Positions 1-10,700 of a DNA stretch of 32,000 bases are shown in pieces (position 1 is the stretch's first letter; every line of letters starts with the position of its first letter). Both the position numbers and the translations under genes were made by a program. The stretch spans positions 2,786,097-2,818,096 of the forward strand of contig OY762964.1 of assembly GCA_963667035.1 (NCBI GenBank), in the 5' to 3' direction. The notes beneath the pieces are model-generated. The model did not search any database, was not told the origin of the DNA, and worked only from the letters and a program-made list of their open reading frames with translations. The DNA comes from Candidatus Cloacimonadales bacterium (GTDB lineage: Bacteria; Cloacimonadota; Cloacimonadia; Cloacimonadales; JAFGVF01).

Positions 1-1535
1 TATTCGGAAGAATTACTAGGCTGAACCGGAATTCCAAAAACTGCCAGAATCCCATCACCAAGATATGCTTCCAGCAAACCCTTATTACCTGTAATAAACT
101 CACTCATAACAGTGAAATATGCGTTTAAATTCTCCACCAATTTCTTAGGATTGGTTTTCTCTGCAATACTAGTGAAATCATATATATCACTAAACATTAC
201 CGCAGCTTCTACTTCTTCTCCCCCTAAATCAATAAGGTTAGGATTCTTCTCAAGCTCTTTCAGAATCTCTTTACTTATATATCGACTGAACATGTTCCTG
301 ATTCTAAGTCTTTCGTTGTACTCTTTAGCAAAAGAGAGAAATATGTAGCTGAGAGTATAGCAAAGGTAGGTGAAAATAACTAGCATAATAGGCATAACAA
401 GACAAAGCTTAATCCATATTAGATAAAAAATAGCTATAGTCAAAAGAGTAATACTTATGCTTATGAATAAAGTCTTAACAAAACCTTCACGATTAGTTAT
501 AAAGACAAGAGCAAAGAGGAATAAAGACGTTAAAATTACTGTCAGAAATGGAGACAGAAATCTCACGTGGTCATTAGTGATTAGGTTAGTATATAACGTT
601 GCCCAAGCCTCAATTCCAGGTCTCTGAGAACCTACAGGTGTATGTTTGATATTATTTAAACCGTCTGCTGTTGCACCAATCATTACAATAGCATCTTTAA
701 AATAACCGGAGGGGATTGTTGCCTCTCCTCCATATTTCATAGCAATTGAACTTTGTAAAACAGCTTTTATAGGACAGTAAATAAACTCTTCATTGTACCA
801 ATTAAGATGATACAATCCGTCCGTTAGGGGAATTGCCATGATTTGGTCTACTCCAATCTGATTCTCTACTAACTTTATCGGATAAGATGGTATCATGTAA
901 CTTTGCCCACCACTTTTTAAAACGTTATACACAGGTATTTTACGCAAGATTCCGTCCTCATCACTTTGAACATTGATTGCTACCGTACCTGTAACTGCAT
1001 TATAAAGAGTATCTGTCGGCATGTTCACACTATAGAATTCAGGATAGTTGTTTAGATTACTTTCAATCTTGCTGTATTGATCTAGAGGTGCTTCTGTTTC
1101 TTTCTCCTCTTTTGATAACTGAGTTGCAATATATACATTACCATGTTTGCGTATGGAATTTGCGAGAATACTGTCATATTCACCTCCGACAGCTTCCGAA
1201 GATTCTCTGCTTCTATCATGGAATAGAATATCAAATAGAATAGCTTTGCTTCCTTCAGTAGTAAGATAATCAACTATGTGAGCATAGAAATCTCTAGGCC
1301 ATGGATACGAATATCCGGTGTTTTTTCTTACATAATCCAGACTGCTGTTGTCGATTGTAGCAATAATCACTTTTGATGAGTCCGGTATGTTATGATGTCT
1401 CATTCTCTGAAGTAAATCAGCTTCAGAGTTTTTTATGGAATTGTTTAATCCAAATCCGAAAAGGAGTAATAAAACTCCAATAGTTATCTGTAACGCTCTA
1501 ACGTTTATGTGCTTTATCTTAGTTTTTTCCACCAT
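1..1535 (-). CDS. CHASE2 domain-containing adenylate/guanylate cyclase (class III), C-terminus truncated by window edge
   Basis: Manual reverse-strand translation from ATG at 1535 (MVEKTKIKHINVRALQITIGVLLLLFGFGLNNS...). CHASE2-like extracytoplasmic region with IDNSSLDVV, FDILFHD and GMVGATADGL, then TM helices, then cyclase motifs (MFSRYISKEIL, VMFSDIYDFTSIAEKTNPKKLVENLNAYF, YLGDGILAVFGIPV). Absent from the supplied ORF track because it has no stop inside the window. Confidence 0.9.
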   Translation of the reverse strand, partial: MVEKTKIKHINVRALQITIGVLLLLFGFGLNNSIKNSEADLLQRMRHHNIPDSSKVIIATIDNSSLDYVRKNTGYSYPWPRDFYAHIVDYLTTEGSKAILFDILFHDRSRESSEAVGGEYDSILANSIRKHGNVYIATQLSKEEKETEAPLDQYSKIESNLNNYPEFYSVNMPTDTLYNAVTGTVAINVQSDEDGILRKIPVYNVLKSGGQSYMIPSYPIKLVENQIGVDQIMAIPLTDGLYHLNWYNEEFIYCPIKAVLQSSIAMKYGGEATIPSGYFKDAIVMIGATADGLNNIKHTPVGSQRPGIEAWATLYTNLITNDHVRFLSPFLTVILTSLFLFALVFITNREGFVKTLFISISITLLTIAIFYLIWIKLCLVMPIMLVIFTYLCYTLSYIFLSFAKEYNERLRIRNMFSRYISKEILKELEKNPNLIDLGGEEVEAAVMFSDIYDFTSIAEKTNPKKLVENLNAYFTVMSEFITGNKGLLEAYLGDGILAVFGIPVQPSNSSE

Positions 1536-1780
1536 AACTACTCAATAAATGACTCACATTTAAATGGCAATCTTTTTTAGTTAAGTTGATGATATTATAT
1601 TATGTAATCCCAGTAGTATTTTTTAGGTAAAGTTTTGACTGTCCTAGGGTGGATACTTTTAAGGGTGACTTGCAAAAGAATTCTTCCGTTTTTGTCTCGT
1701 GATTCTCTCATGACTAACAAACAAATAATTAATATTAATAGGTCACTTTCATCTTACTAAATTTTCACTTCTCAAGTGGG

Positions 1781-1813
1781 TGTTGAGTAAGTGTTGAGTA
1801 AGTGTTAAGTGGG
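1781..1813. repeat. 11-bp tandem repeat (TGTTGAGTAAG x2 plus a degenerate third unit)
   Basis: Read directly: tgttgagtaag tgttgagtaag tgttaagtggg. Confidence 0.8.
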
Positions 1814-1953
1814 GATTATGTAAATATTATGCGTTCGTTGGTCATGAGAGTGACGAGGGAGTGGAGAGATAAATATTGAAATCCGTTATTCTAGATTTCG
1901 GGTTAGTCTGAATCCATGATGTAGAAGTTAATGATGTTTACTCACTATAAAGT

Positions 1954-1984
1954 AAAACCGCTCCTAAATTAGGAACGGTTTTTT
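1954..1984. terminator. Hairpin terminator, probably bidirectional
   Basis: AAAACCG-C-TCCT-aaatt-AGGA-A-CGGTTTT followed by a T run on the + strand. Lies about 30 nt past the stop of the 2014..5328 minus-strand gene. Confidence 0.65.
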
Positions 1985-2013
1985 ATTTAAGGTTAACAAT
2001 ATGTAATCAACTA

Positions 2014-5000
2014 TTACTTGCTTTTATCTATTAATTTGCTCAATCCAAAAGTTGCCAAGATTACAGCGATAGCACCTAGTAAGAAATACATTTTTGCACC
2101 AACAAAACTATCACTCATAGACATTTTCAGTACTTTAAATGTAACATAAAGTCCAGCTATCCAGATTAAAGATAATCTATTTGTAGCGACTAGTTTCTTA
2201 ACAAATATATGAACAATAACTGTCATAACAACTGTTACAACAAGCCAAGTTATGATTTGTGTGGAATCTAGGTACAAGAAAGTCGATTTCATTGATAGTG
2301 ATGCTGTCAAAAGAAGCAACATTATAAACATTAGAATATTTCTTTTCTTAAAGCCATCCGTAATTTTGTCGATAACAATAAAAACCGGCATAATGAGTGT
2401 TAATGAACGCACAAACATCTTTAATGAATCTATTATCGCTCCAATAATTGGTACACTATTTACCATTACCGATGAATCAGGAATAGAGGCAGTAATCTTA
2501 GGTAATAGTTCCATTACAAGCAGATAGAATCCTATTGCAATGAAACCTATACTGATACTGTTTAATAATGTACCGGAAACATTTTTATCCTTAGCATAGT
2601 AAGCCATAACGATACTAACAAAGAAACCGACGACAACAGTTATTAGGATTGTTACGAGAATGCTCATTACATTTTGGTTACCAAGGGGTTGTGAAGTTGA
2701 ATAACCCATTTTCATATTACTGTATTCCAATCCAAAACCAATGAAAAATATAATTAATATGAGAATGAGCAGTATAAAAAATACTTTCATATTCAACAGC
2801 TTCTTGGTCCAGGCAATGATGATAACAATTAATGCTCCTAAGTACGGTAGCATTGTGACAATGTCAAGGATGCTGAAGATTGCTTCTCTAGTTCTATAGC
2901 TATTCCAAAACCTTAAAGACTCTTTTTCGGGAAGCTTAATTCCCTTGTAAATAGTGCTTAGCTCATCTCCTGCAAACCCGATTCCATAGTTTATATAGTT
3001 ATCCCCTAAGCTATAATTCACAGTATCTTTGTACGTAAAATACCAGTCTGTTCTATTATCTCTAAGAGAAGGAATAGCTTTTACAAGAGTTAAGTCATTG
3101 AAGTCAATCTGATGAATCTTCTCCAATTGTTCTTTTGCTAGTACAGTAGCTTCAGGTTCCGTTAAGTTTACTCCTTCACTCTCTTCATGAAAATCATGCC
3201 TATAGTTTTGTAGCATTCCATCTTTAGTGTAGGTAACCGAGAATTCTTCTGCTCTTTCTTGTAGGTCTCCTTGGAATTTTGCAAAACGAACAGCAATAGC
3301 ATTACATTTTACAAAATTGTCAGAGAGATTGTTAAAGTTTTCTTCACCAAGAAAATGCCAAATCTGACTAACAACAATTTTATGCCCATTTTGAGCTTCC
3401 GTCATTACCTCGTACTGATCAAGATCTTCTACACCTAATGATTCAATGAATTCAGTTGCTTTAGCAATTGCCTCTTCATTCGTAATTTCAAGTTTGGACG
3501 CATTGTAGTTAACCCTGAAGAATAACAATGCCAGAATCAATCCTACTATACCAAGAATTGGGATTATCTTTCCAAGTTGTTTTGAATTATCATTCCGGAC
3601 TACAGATTTACTTATGGTAGATACTTTTTTTATCTCCGGTTGCCAGTCTTCATTGTAAGATCCTGATAAATCGTCTTGGCACTTTCTCTCCCTTACTCTT
3701 CTGTAGACAAGAATTAGAATCGGGAAAAGCATTACAAGTACAAATAGTACTTTATTACCAATCATCTCATTTGATTCAACCATCCAGATAGGAAGCCCCA
3801 TTAAAACAGCATCAAATACAAAATGAATCATCACACCTGTTATAAGACCGAATCTAACATAAGCTACTGCAAAAACAAGTGACGGGAGAATTAGCTCAAT
3901 TACTCTTGCATAAGATGGTTGAGCAGCGTAATTAGCGTGTCCCATACCGAAAATTATGACTTGTACTATCATTCCTATCCAAAAGAAAAGCTTCTCTTTG
4001 CCAAGTTTTCTACCTATTAAGACAGCACCGGCAATCGGAATTGCTCTAAATAGACATTCTTCCCAAAATCCGGCATGTAATGCCCTTGCAATAGATCCCA
4101 ACCAAGGAAATGATGTTGCTAATGTGTTTGGATCTACACTAAGAGATGAAGAATTCCACCAACCAAAGTACTTGGTAGTAATCATATAAAAAACAAGTAT
4201 ATATGTTAAAGAAATGGGTACCCATAGATAACCACCTATTGTATTGCCTAGCAACTTCTTTGAGTTAGCTACCCCGGGGCTCCAGCTCTTCCATAACTGA
4301 GTATGTTTACCAAAAGCTTTCCTTGTGAAACCTTCAGCAACCATAAAAGACGCAGAAAGTATAATCGTATTTGAGAAAAAATTGACAAGTGAAGATGAAA
4401 CATAACCGAAAATATGCTCATTGACAGATGATGATGTTTGATACCATAACCAGGAAAGGGATAAGTCATTAAAAGATGCAATAAACTCTAGCAGAGCAAC
4501 AAGTATACCCCAAAATAAAGCTCTCTTCCAGAGTAACCATTTGATTTTAATAAGAAAAAAAGCCCCTACAACTATTCCCAGTGCTCCGTATAAAATTATC
4601 ATAAGCACAGAACCAACTCCGGCAATTGTGTTATTAGCAGAGCGCATCTCGGAATATCTTCTTTGGAAAGCTTCAGGCGTCTTAAGCGAATGGTATAATC
4701 CGGTAAACTTATTGCCTCTAACAGATAGATTTATTCGGAACTTAGCTTTTGCTATTTTCTTGTCTGTTCTTTCGAAAATGAAAGTGTAATCTTTTCTACC
4801 TTTAGGAGTAGTAACTAATTTAGTATCATTTAGTTTATATGGTGTGAAATCAATCCCCCAGTCAGTTTCAGCTCTTGTTTTTGCTAGCTCTAAAGCTTCC
4901 TCAGAGGTTAGATTCGGTAGTTCAAGATCTTCAGGAAGCTTTATGTCAAAACCATAAGGTTCTCCTGTTGGTTTGAAATAAGTATCGGATTCGAGTATCT

Positions 5001-5328
5001 CTCCCGGTTTATAACTTCTTACCTTCCATATATAATAAGAGTAGAAGTCACTTTTTAACAGCTCATTAAAGGCTTCCTTACCCCCTCCTTCTAACTCAAT
5101 ATAAGTTTGACCGCTAGAACCTCCGAACATAGCAACTTGCCTGAAATCATCTAATCCCCAGTCGTATTTTACAGATAACTCTTTCGTCTTTTCGAATGCC
5201 TCTTCTCTGTTCATCGTAATATCAATATTAATAAATGACATTACTTTAGGGAAATAGTTAACAATAAAAAAAAGAGATGAGATTGAAATAAGTGTAAACA
5301 CTATCCAAAACCACATTTTCTTGAACAT
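2014..5328 (-). CDS. CPBP family intramembrane metalloprotease (CAAX protease/bacteriocin-processing type) with internal duplication
   Basis: ORF of 1104 aa with RBS GGAGG upstream. Carries the CPBP motifs EExxxR (WEECLFR), FxxxH (FGMGH) and HxxxD (HFVFD) within multiple TMs. Soluble PepSY-like/alpha-beta segments precede each membrane half. Confidence 0.85.
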   Translation of the reverse strand: MFKKMWFWIVFTLISISSLFFIVNYFPKVMSFINIDITMNREEAFEKTKELSVKYDWGLDDFRQVAMFGGSSGQTYIELEGGGKEAFNELLKSDFYSYYIWKVRSYKPGEILESDTYFKPTGEPYGFDIKLPEDLELPNLTSEEALELAKTRAETDWGIDFTPYKLNDTKLVTTPKGRKDYTFIFERTDKKIAKAKFRINLSVRGNKFTGLYHSLKTPEAFQRRYSEMRSANNTIAGVGSVLMIILYGALGIVVGAFFLIKIKWLLWKRALFWGILVALLEFIASFNDLSLSWLWYQTSSSVNEHIFGYVSSSLVNFFSNTIILSASFMVAEGFTRKAFGKHTQLWKSWSPGVANSKKLLGNTIGGYLWVPISLTYILVFYMITTKYFGWWNSSSLSVDPNTLATSFPWLGSIARALHAGFWEECLFRAIPIAGAVLIGRKLGKEKLFFWIGMIVQVIIFGMGHANYAAQPSYARVIELILPSLVFAVAYVRFGLITGVMIHFVFDAVLMGLPIWMVESNEMIGNKVLFVLVMLFPILILVYRRVRERKCQDDLSGSYNEDWQPEIKKVSTISKSVVRNDNSKQLGKIIPILGIVGLILALLFFRVNYNASKLEITNEEAIAKATEFIESLGVEDLDQYEVMTEAQNGHKIVVSQIWHFLGEENFNNLSDNFVKCNAIAVRFAKFQGDLQERAEEFSVTYTKDGMLQNYRHDFHEESEGVNLTEPEATVLAKEQLEKIHQIDFNDLTLVKAIPSLRDNRTDWYFTYKDTVNYSLGDNYINYGIGFAGDELSTIYKGIKLPEKESLRFWNSYRTREAIFSILDIVTMLPYLGALIVIIIAWTKKLLNMKVFFILLILILIIFFIGFGLEYSNMKMGYSTSQPLGNQNVMSILVTILITVVVGFFVSIVMAYYAKDKNVSGTLLNSISIGFIAIGFYLLVMELLPKITASIPDSSVMVNSVPIIGAIIDSLKMFVRSLTLIMPVFIVIDKITDGFKKRNILMFIMLLLLTASLSMKSTFLYLDSTQIITWLVVTVVMTVIVHIFVKKLVATNRLSLIWIAGLYVTFKVLKMSMSDSFVGAKMYFLLGAIAVILATFGLSKLIDKSK

Positions 5329-5489
5329 TATACCTCCGATTAGTTTTGCTAGTCACATAAAACCATAAATAAACCTTTTCATGTTCATCTTTTCTGATTA
5401 AGTTTTTAGTAATCAAGCTTTTTCTACAAATCGTTAGCATTTTAACGAGGTGATGCTTGATTTTGCTACTTAGCTGTTAAGAAAAGACT

Positions 5490-5516
5490 TTGACAAAAGA
5501 ACTAGTAGTTTACAAT
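5490..5516 (+). promoter_or_regulatory. Candidate sigma70-like promoter for the 5545 lipoprotein gene
   Basis: Perfect -35 TTGACA (5490-5495), 15-bp spacer, TACAAT (5511-5516). The spacer is short. Confidence 0.35.
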
Positions 5517-5544
5517 AGAAATTGAAACTCGTTCCGGAGGAAAA

Positions 5545-6216
5545 ATGAAACGTTTGTTAATGATTATAACAGTATTGTATTTAATGTTATCAGGCTGTAC
5601 TGAAGACATAGATAAGATTGACTATACTATGCTTGAAGATGAAATATTCTTTCAACTTGATGAGATTTACAAGAATCCAGAATTGGAGAAAAATATTCCT
5701 AATGATAATTTCGAACATCTCTTAAGTCAGAAAAGAGTAAAACTGTTTTCAAAAAGATTTGAAGCACTCCAAAAAGCAAACAACAAAATTGGTGCATTTT
5801 ACGAGGAATACTACTACAATAGATTTGGTGAACTATTCGGAAATAACTATCCTTTAGAAAGCTATGAGCTGAAATCCTTTGTGAGACTTAGGGAATCAGA
5901 ACTTGGTTTGGCTGAATATGATAATGTTACTGAAGCAGTAGTTGCAGAAGAAACAAAGAAAGACTTCGAGACAGGACATGCAGAGTATAGGCTCGAGACT
6001 AATGATGAATATGTTGTTTACATGACTACTGACGATAATACTGTTTTTAGAGATGATGAAAACTATTATTATACCGGACACATATATTTTGGTGGAATAC
6101 CTAATCCGGTAGGCATGAGAGTAAGAATTCACTATAACAACATATCTGTGTATGACGAAGACAATGAAAAAGTAATCAAAGCATTATTAATAGAGCAACT
6201 TGACCCTAAAAAATAG
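5545..6216 (+). CDS. Hypothetical lipoprotein
   Basis: 223 aa with N-terminal signal and lipobox (MKRLLMIITVLYLMLSGC), preceded by GGAGG RBS. No recognised domain. Confidence 0.8.
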   Translation: MKRLLMIITVLYLMLSGCTEDIDKIDYTMLEDEIFFQLDEIYKNPELEKNIPNDNFEHLLSQKRVKLFSKRFEALQKANNKIGAFYEEYYYNRFGELFGNNYPLESYELKSFVRLRESELGLAEYDNVTEAVVAEETKKDFETGHAEYRLETNDEYVVYMTTDDNTVFRDDENYYYTGHIYFGGIPNPVGMRVRIHYNNISVYDEDNEKVIKALLIEQLDPKK

Positions 6217-6238
6217 CTACAAGTCAATTAGGTTATTT

Positions 6239-7702
6239 TTACTCTTTAAAAACTGCTTTCAATTCAGGATTGTTAGGATCAATAGCCTTTGCTATTTTCC
6301 AATTATCGTAGGCTTTTTTACTATCTCCCATTCTGTAGTATATGGAACCTAACTTGATATAGGCTAGAGCCATATTGGGTGCTAAACGGATTGCTGCCTT
6401 GCACTCTAGAACAGCTTCTTCAAGCTTGCTTTGATAGTAGTATTTAGTTGCTTTAGTTATATGAATCAAAGCTTCATTTAAGTCCTTGTAATCCTTTAGC
6501 TCAAGCCGAACTGCATCAAGCTCTTTTGATTTTCTTAAATACTCATCCGTTGAAATGCCTGTAAACACTTTAAGTGTGTCTACGACATAAATAGTATCTT
6601 TGATAATCTTCTCAACTTCAATATAAAGAGTGTCCATTGAAACCGGTTGCATTGACTCAACAACCTTCATAGGTTCTCTGATAATTTCTCTTTGAACTCT
6701 TGGAGGTATATGAGATGCAAGTTTATATTCCTCTGTTGTTGAATTACCGAGTTTAACTTCAAGTCCAATGAAGTGATTGCCATATGGAATCTCTAAATCA
6801 GAAAAGAGGGGGTAACTAAAGCCGTAATCAAGAGAAAGGTCTATTGATTTGGTATTTATCATTTCTCTATTGTTTAACGGATTTCTATACTTCTGAATAT
6901 ACTCTTTCCGTAGAACTAATAGACCTAATCCAAAACTCATTTCATTGTTATTTACACCACTTCTAAAAGCTAGATTTTCAGTAAGTCTATATTCTGTGCC
7001 TAATGAATACGTAAAATCATTGAAGTCTTTTTCCTTGTAGCTGTTGTACGTTACATCAGAGGCTATTAACCATTGAGGAATAATGTTATACGTTGCACCT
7101 AATCCAAACTCTCTTGGCAGGGCATCATCTGCCTCTATTGCTAACTTTGTTTGAAATATATTCCTACTAACAAATCCCATTTGAAAACCGGTTGAGACCA
7201 GATATGCTACCCCGAAGTCCATATCAATAGCGGATTTACTTGTGTCATTGTTCACAAAGAAAGGATCATTAGCTGTATATTCATTTGTTCCGTAGTCGAT
7301 GTTATATAGATTAAGTCCAAAACCAGCTTTCAGTTTGTCACCAAATAGATACGAACCAGCATGAAGGCCTACATGGATTTCGTTATATAAATCCGATTGG
7401 AAAATAGATGAACTGAATGCCGTACTGAATTGATTGCCAATAGGGATTGTTAGAATAACAGCATTGTAATCCAAATTGTCGTTTTCGATACCATAAAGAT
7501 ATGCTCTATTATCTGTTAATAGCGAGAAGTCACTCAAATGAGCCAGTAAAGCAGGATTATAGACAGAAGCAGAACCATCATAGGATTGAGAGATTCCTGT
7601 TTTTCCCATAGAAAAATTTCTTATTCCGGCTTTCTCAAAAGTATAAGCTATTAGGTTAGAAATGATAAACAAAGCAGAAATTATTATTACTATTCTTTTC
7701 AT
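6239..7702 (-). CDS. PorV/PorQ-like (UPF0164/FadL-like) outer-membrane beta-barrel protein with C-terminal TPR region
   Basis: Start trimmed from 7723 to the ATG at 7702 (MKRIVIIISALFIISNLIAYTFEKAG), which has GGGAGG just upstream. N-terminal region has YNPALLA and aromatic beta-strand periodicity. C-terminal TPR-like motifs (YYQSKLEEAVLECKAAIRLAPNMALAYIKLGSIYYRMGDSKKAYDNWKIAKAIDPNNPEL). Confidence 0.75.
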   Translation of the reverse strand: MKRIVIIISALFIISNLIAYTFEKAGIRNFSMGKTGISQSYDGSASVYNPALLAHLSDFSLLTDNRAYLYGIENDNLDYNAVILTIPIGNQFSTAFSSSIFQSDLYNEIHVGLHAGSYLFGDKLKAGFGLNLYNIDYGTNEYTANDPFFVNNDTSKSAIDMDFGVAYLVSTGFQMGFVSRNIFQTKLAIEADDALPREFGLGATYNIIPQWLIASDVTYNSYKEKDFNDFTYSLGTEYRLTENLAFRSGVNNNEMSFGLGLLVLRKEYIQKYRNPLNNREMINTKSIDLSLDYGFSYPLFSDLEIPYGNHFIGLEVKLGNSTTEEYKLASHIPPRVQREIIREPMKVVESMQPVSMDTLYIEVEKIIKDTIYVVDTLKVFTGISTDEYLRKSKELDAVRLELKDYKDLNEALIHITKATKYYYQSKLEEAVLECKAAIRLAPNMALAYIKLGSIYYRMGDSKKAYDNWKIAKAIDPNNPELKAVFKE

Positions 7703-7712
7703 CACTTCCTCC

Positions 7713-10700
7713 CTACTTTGCAACCGTTATTGTGTTTAGATGAACTTTGCCATTAACTTTTACCTGACACAGATAGATTCCCGGAGAAACTAATTTCCCA
7801 CTTTGATTTACTCCTTCCCAAACTGCTGATTTGCAGTTATAAGTCTGATTAGTTTCAGGATTTATATAATTGTATGTGCTACAGGATAACTTCTTAACCT
7901 TCTTACCACTACGATTAAAAACTATACAATCAACCTTATCATTCTGAGAATCAACCGGGATTATTATGCGAGCCTGATCGTTGTAACCATCCCAATTAGG
8001 AGTTATTATATCCGGTATTACTGTTACTCTATCAATATCAGTATTTTTAAAAATGTTTATCGAGAACTGAGCCTCAGCTCCTAATGGTTCAGGCTTTGAT
8101 TTATCATGGGCCGCAATATCAATACTTAATTGTTGTCCCTCATAGTAATAGTTATCAATTATATAAGTTAACAGATAGCCTAAAGAATCAGGATTTGAAT
8201 TATAAGTAGAATTATCAAGATTAAAACTGTTTATGTCTCGGTTGTTAATTTTAAGACTAATCGAGGTTGAGTCTATTCCAGTTCCTTTATCTAGGATAGC
8301 TATTTCTAAAGACTCATTAATCTTAATTTCGCTTTCAGGATATTTAAGTATAAAATATGGTTCAAACTCATCCTCTATTAAGTTAAAACTATACTTATCT
8401 TCAAGAAGATTACCTATATTATCAGCAATAGAATATGAGACTTCAACGGTTTCAGCCCCATTCAAATCATCTGTAATATAGCGTATTTTACACCCATTGT
8501 CTGATAACTCTGTATAAAAATCAAAAATCGGTGTACTATTGATGTTGAAGGAAATGTTGTTTGGATTAACACCGGAAAGGTCATCGTAAAAGTGGAGATA
8601 TATAAGAGAGAAAGGATATCCAAACTCTCCTTCGGCAGGATTAGACATTACAAGATAAGGAGGATCAATATCATTGATTGTAGTAAAGTGGTAATTAATG
8701 CTAGCTTCATTATGATTTGAAGAGTTGTCTATAGCATAAATCTGAATATTGACTGTCTGATTATAATTGAATTTTGATTCCGGTGTGTAGAGAATGGAGT
8801 AACCTGTTGCTTCATTTTCTATAACTTCCTCAATCAGATAATCCTCAATCTGTTGATTATTGATATTAAATAGGATGGAGTTTGGATTTACTCCTGTTTC
8901 TGTATCCATGATTCTGAAAGATATAGAAGTATCAATAGGTATTCCAATGCTTTGTTGAGCAGGATTAAAGCTTTCAAAATACGGTGGAATCATATCATCA
9001 TCTGCAACTACAAAACTAAAATTATAATTAGAGAGTGAATTAGGTATCGGAGCAAGGTCGGAAACAGAAACAACTATTGTGACAGTTTCACCATATTCAT
9101 ACGGCTCATGATTCCATGTAATCCTATAATTACTTTCATTTTCTATTTGCTCTGTTACAGGTATAATCTCAACGTTATTCTCATGAATAACTAAAGAATT
9201 AATATCCACACCTAATCCTGAATCATGAATCTCAAATGACACATTCTCTGTTGCCGGAACTCCAATATCATTATTCTCCGGATGTAAGTTGCTAAGAAAC
9301 GGTGGTTCAATATCAGGTATTACTCTAAAAGAGTATGAAGTATCCATAGAATTGGGAACAGAAGCCAAGTCTTCACAAATAACTCTTACTGTAACCCATT
9401 GGTTGAAATCAAAATTGACACTTGATGTGTATAGAACATCGACTTGCTCTATGGTTTCATTAACTATTATGTACTCGGTAATATCATTTTCATTTATATA
9501 TAATCTAACGGATTTAGGATTGACACCGGTTAACTCGTCTTTCAAAGATAAGGTAATATCTGTATTAGGCAATACGTTTAACTCTTGGTCTGCCGGTGAT
9601 GTTGAAGAAATGTATGGTGTTCCCAAATCTTGAATACAGGTAAAAGTGTATTCTTCCATATTCATAACATTTGCAGGTATATTATAATCTGATGCATTAA
9701 TTTGTACTGTGACAATATTGCTATAATAGTTCTCAGGAGTATGAGAGATTCTATATCCATTTGTGATTTCATCTACCTTTGTTGAGTTCAATCCAATAAT
9801 CTCTACTCCATTAATTCTAATAGAGACGGTTTCTAAATCAATTCCTGAAAGAGTATCAATAATATCTACACTAAATGATGTGTTTTCAGGATTGTCCATA
9901 CTGAACTTCTCCGGATGATGATTCATAGTATAAGGAGGTTCCAGATCAGCTTCTACAGTAAATACGGAAAGAGTATCGATTGAATTTTTTAATGCAGACC
10001 TGTCTTCAATATAAAAGTGTATTAAATGTTCTCCAATCTCAAATATATTATCTGGCATTGGATTCCATGATAATCTTATTCCTTTATCACTCTGAATAGG
10101 TATTATCTCAGTTTCATTGATAATTGAATTGTTATCAAGCTCTAGGATTAGGGAATCTATATTCAAGCCTGATTCATAATCGACAATCTCTATGGTGACG
10201 GGATGATTTCTTGCAATTACTTCCTCATAGGTTGGATCAATATACAAAATAACTGGAGATGAAATATCCTCTAAACATTGAAAAGAGTAAGCAAAAGTAC
10301 TCATAGCATTCGGACTTTCAGCAAAATCAGAAGCACTAATTAAAACATTTACCGTTTGTTCATAAGCGAAGTTTGCTGAGGGATTGATTTCGATAAAGTA
10401 ATCGTTAGGAGTTCCATAATAAGAAAATTCAGAATCATCCTGAGTATAAATATTCCCATCAATATTGACTTTGATAGTAGATAAATCTACTCCTTCACCT
10501 AAATCTAAAATATGGAATGATATATTTGTATCTACACTTACGTCAGTATCTCCCGGAGCCGGATTCCATGTACTAGTATAAGGAGGATCCGTATCCTGAC
10601 GAGTAAAAAAACGATAAGCTGTTGTAGGAATTGTGAAGCCATCATTATCATTCGCTACAACAGAGACATCAATAACTTGATTGTAACCAAAGAATTCTTC

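Noticed and set aside
112-348. Small + ORF of 78 aa (and 1082..1273 -)
   Set aside because: Antisense or alternate-frame reading of the truncated CHASE2-cyclase gene, which has strong domain motifs on the - strand.
2252-4789. Small + strand ORFs (2252..2527, 3956..4189, 4541..4789) inside the CPBP gene
   Set aside because: Antisense to transmembrane coding sequence, a common source of spurious ORFs; no RBS/domain support.
5258-5440. 60-aa - strand ORF overlapping the start of the CPBP gene
   Set aside because: Overlaps a gene with a strong RBS and start at 5328; product has no recognisable features.
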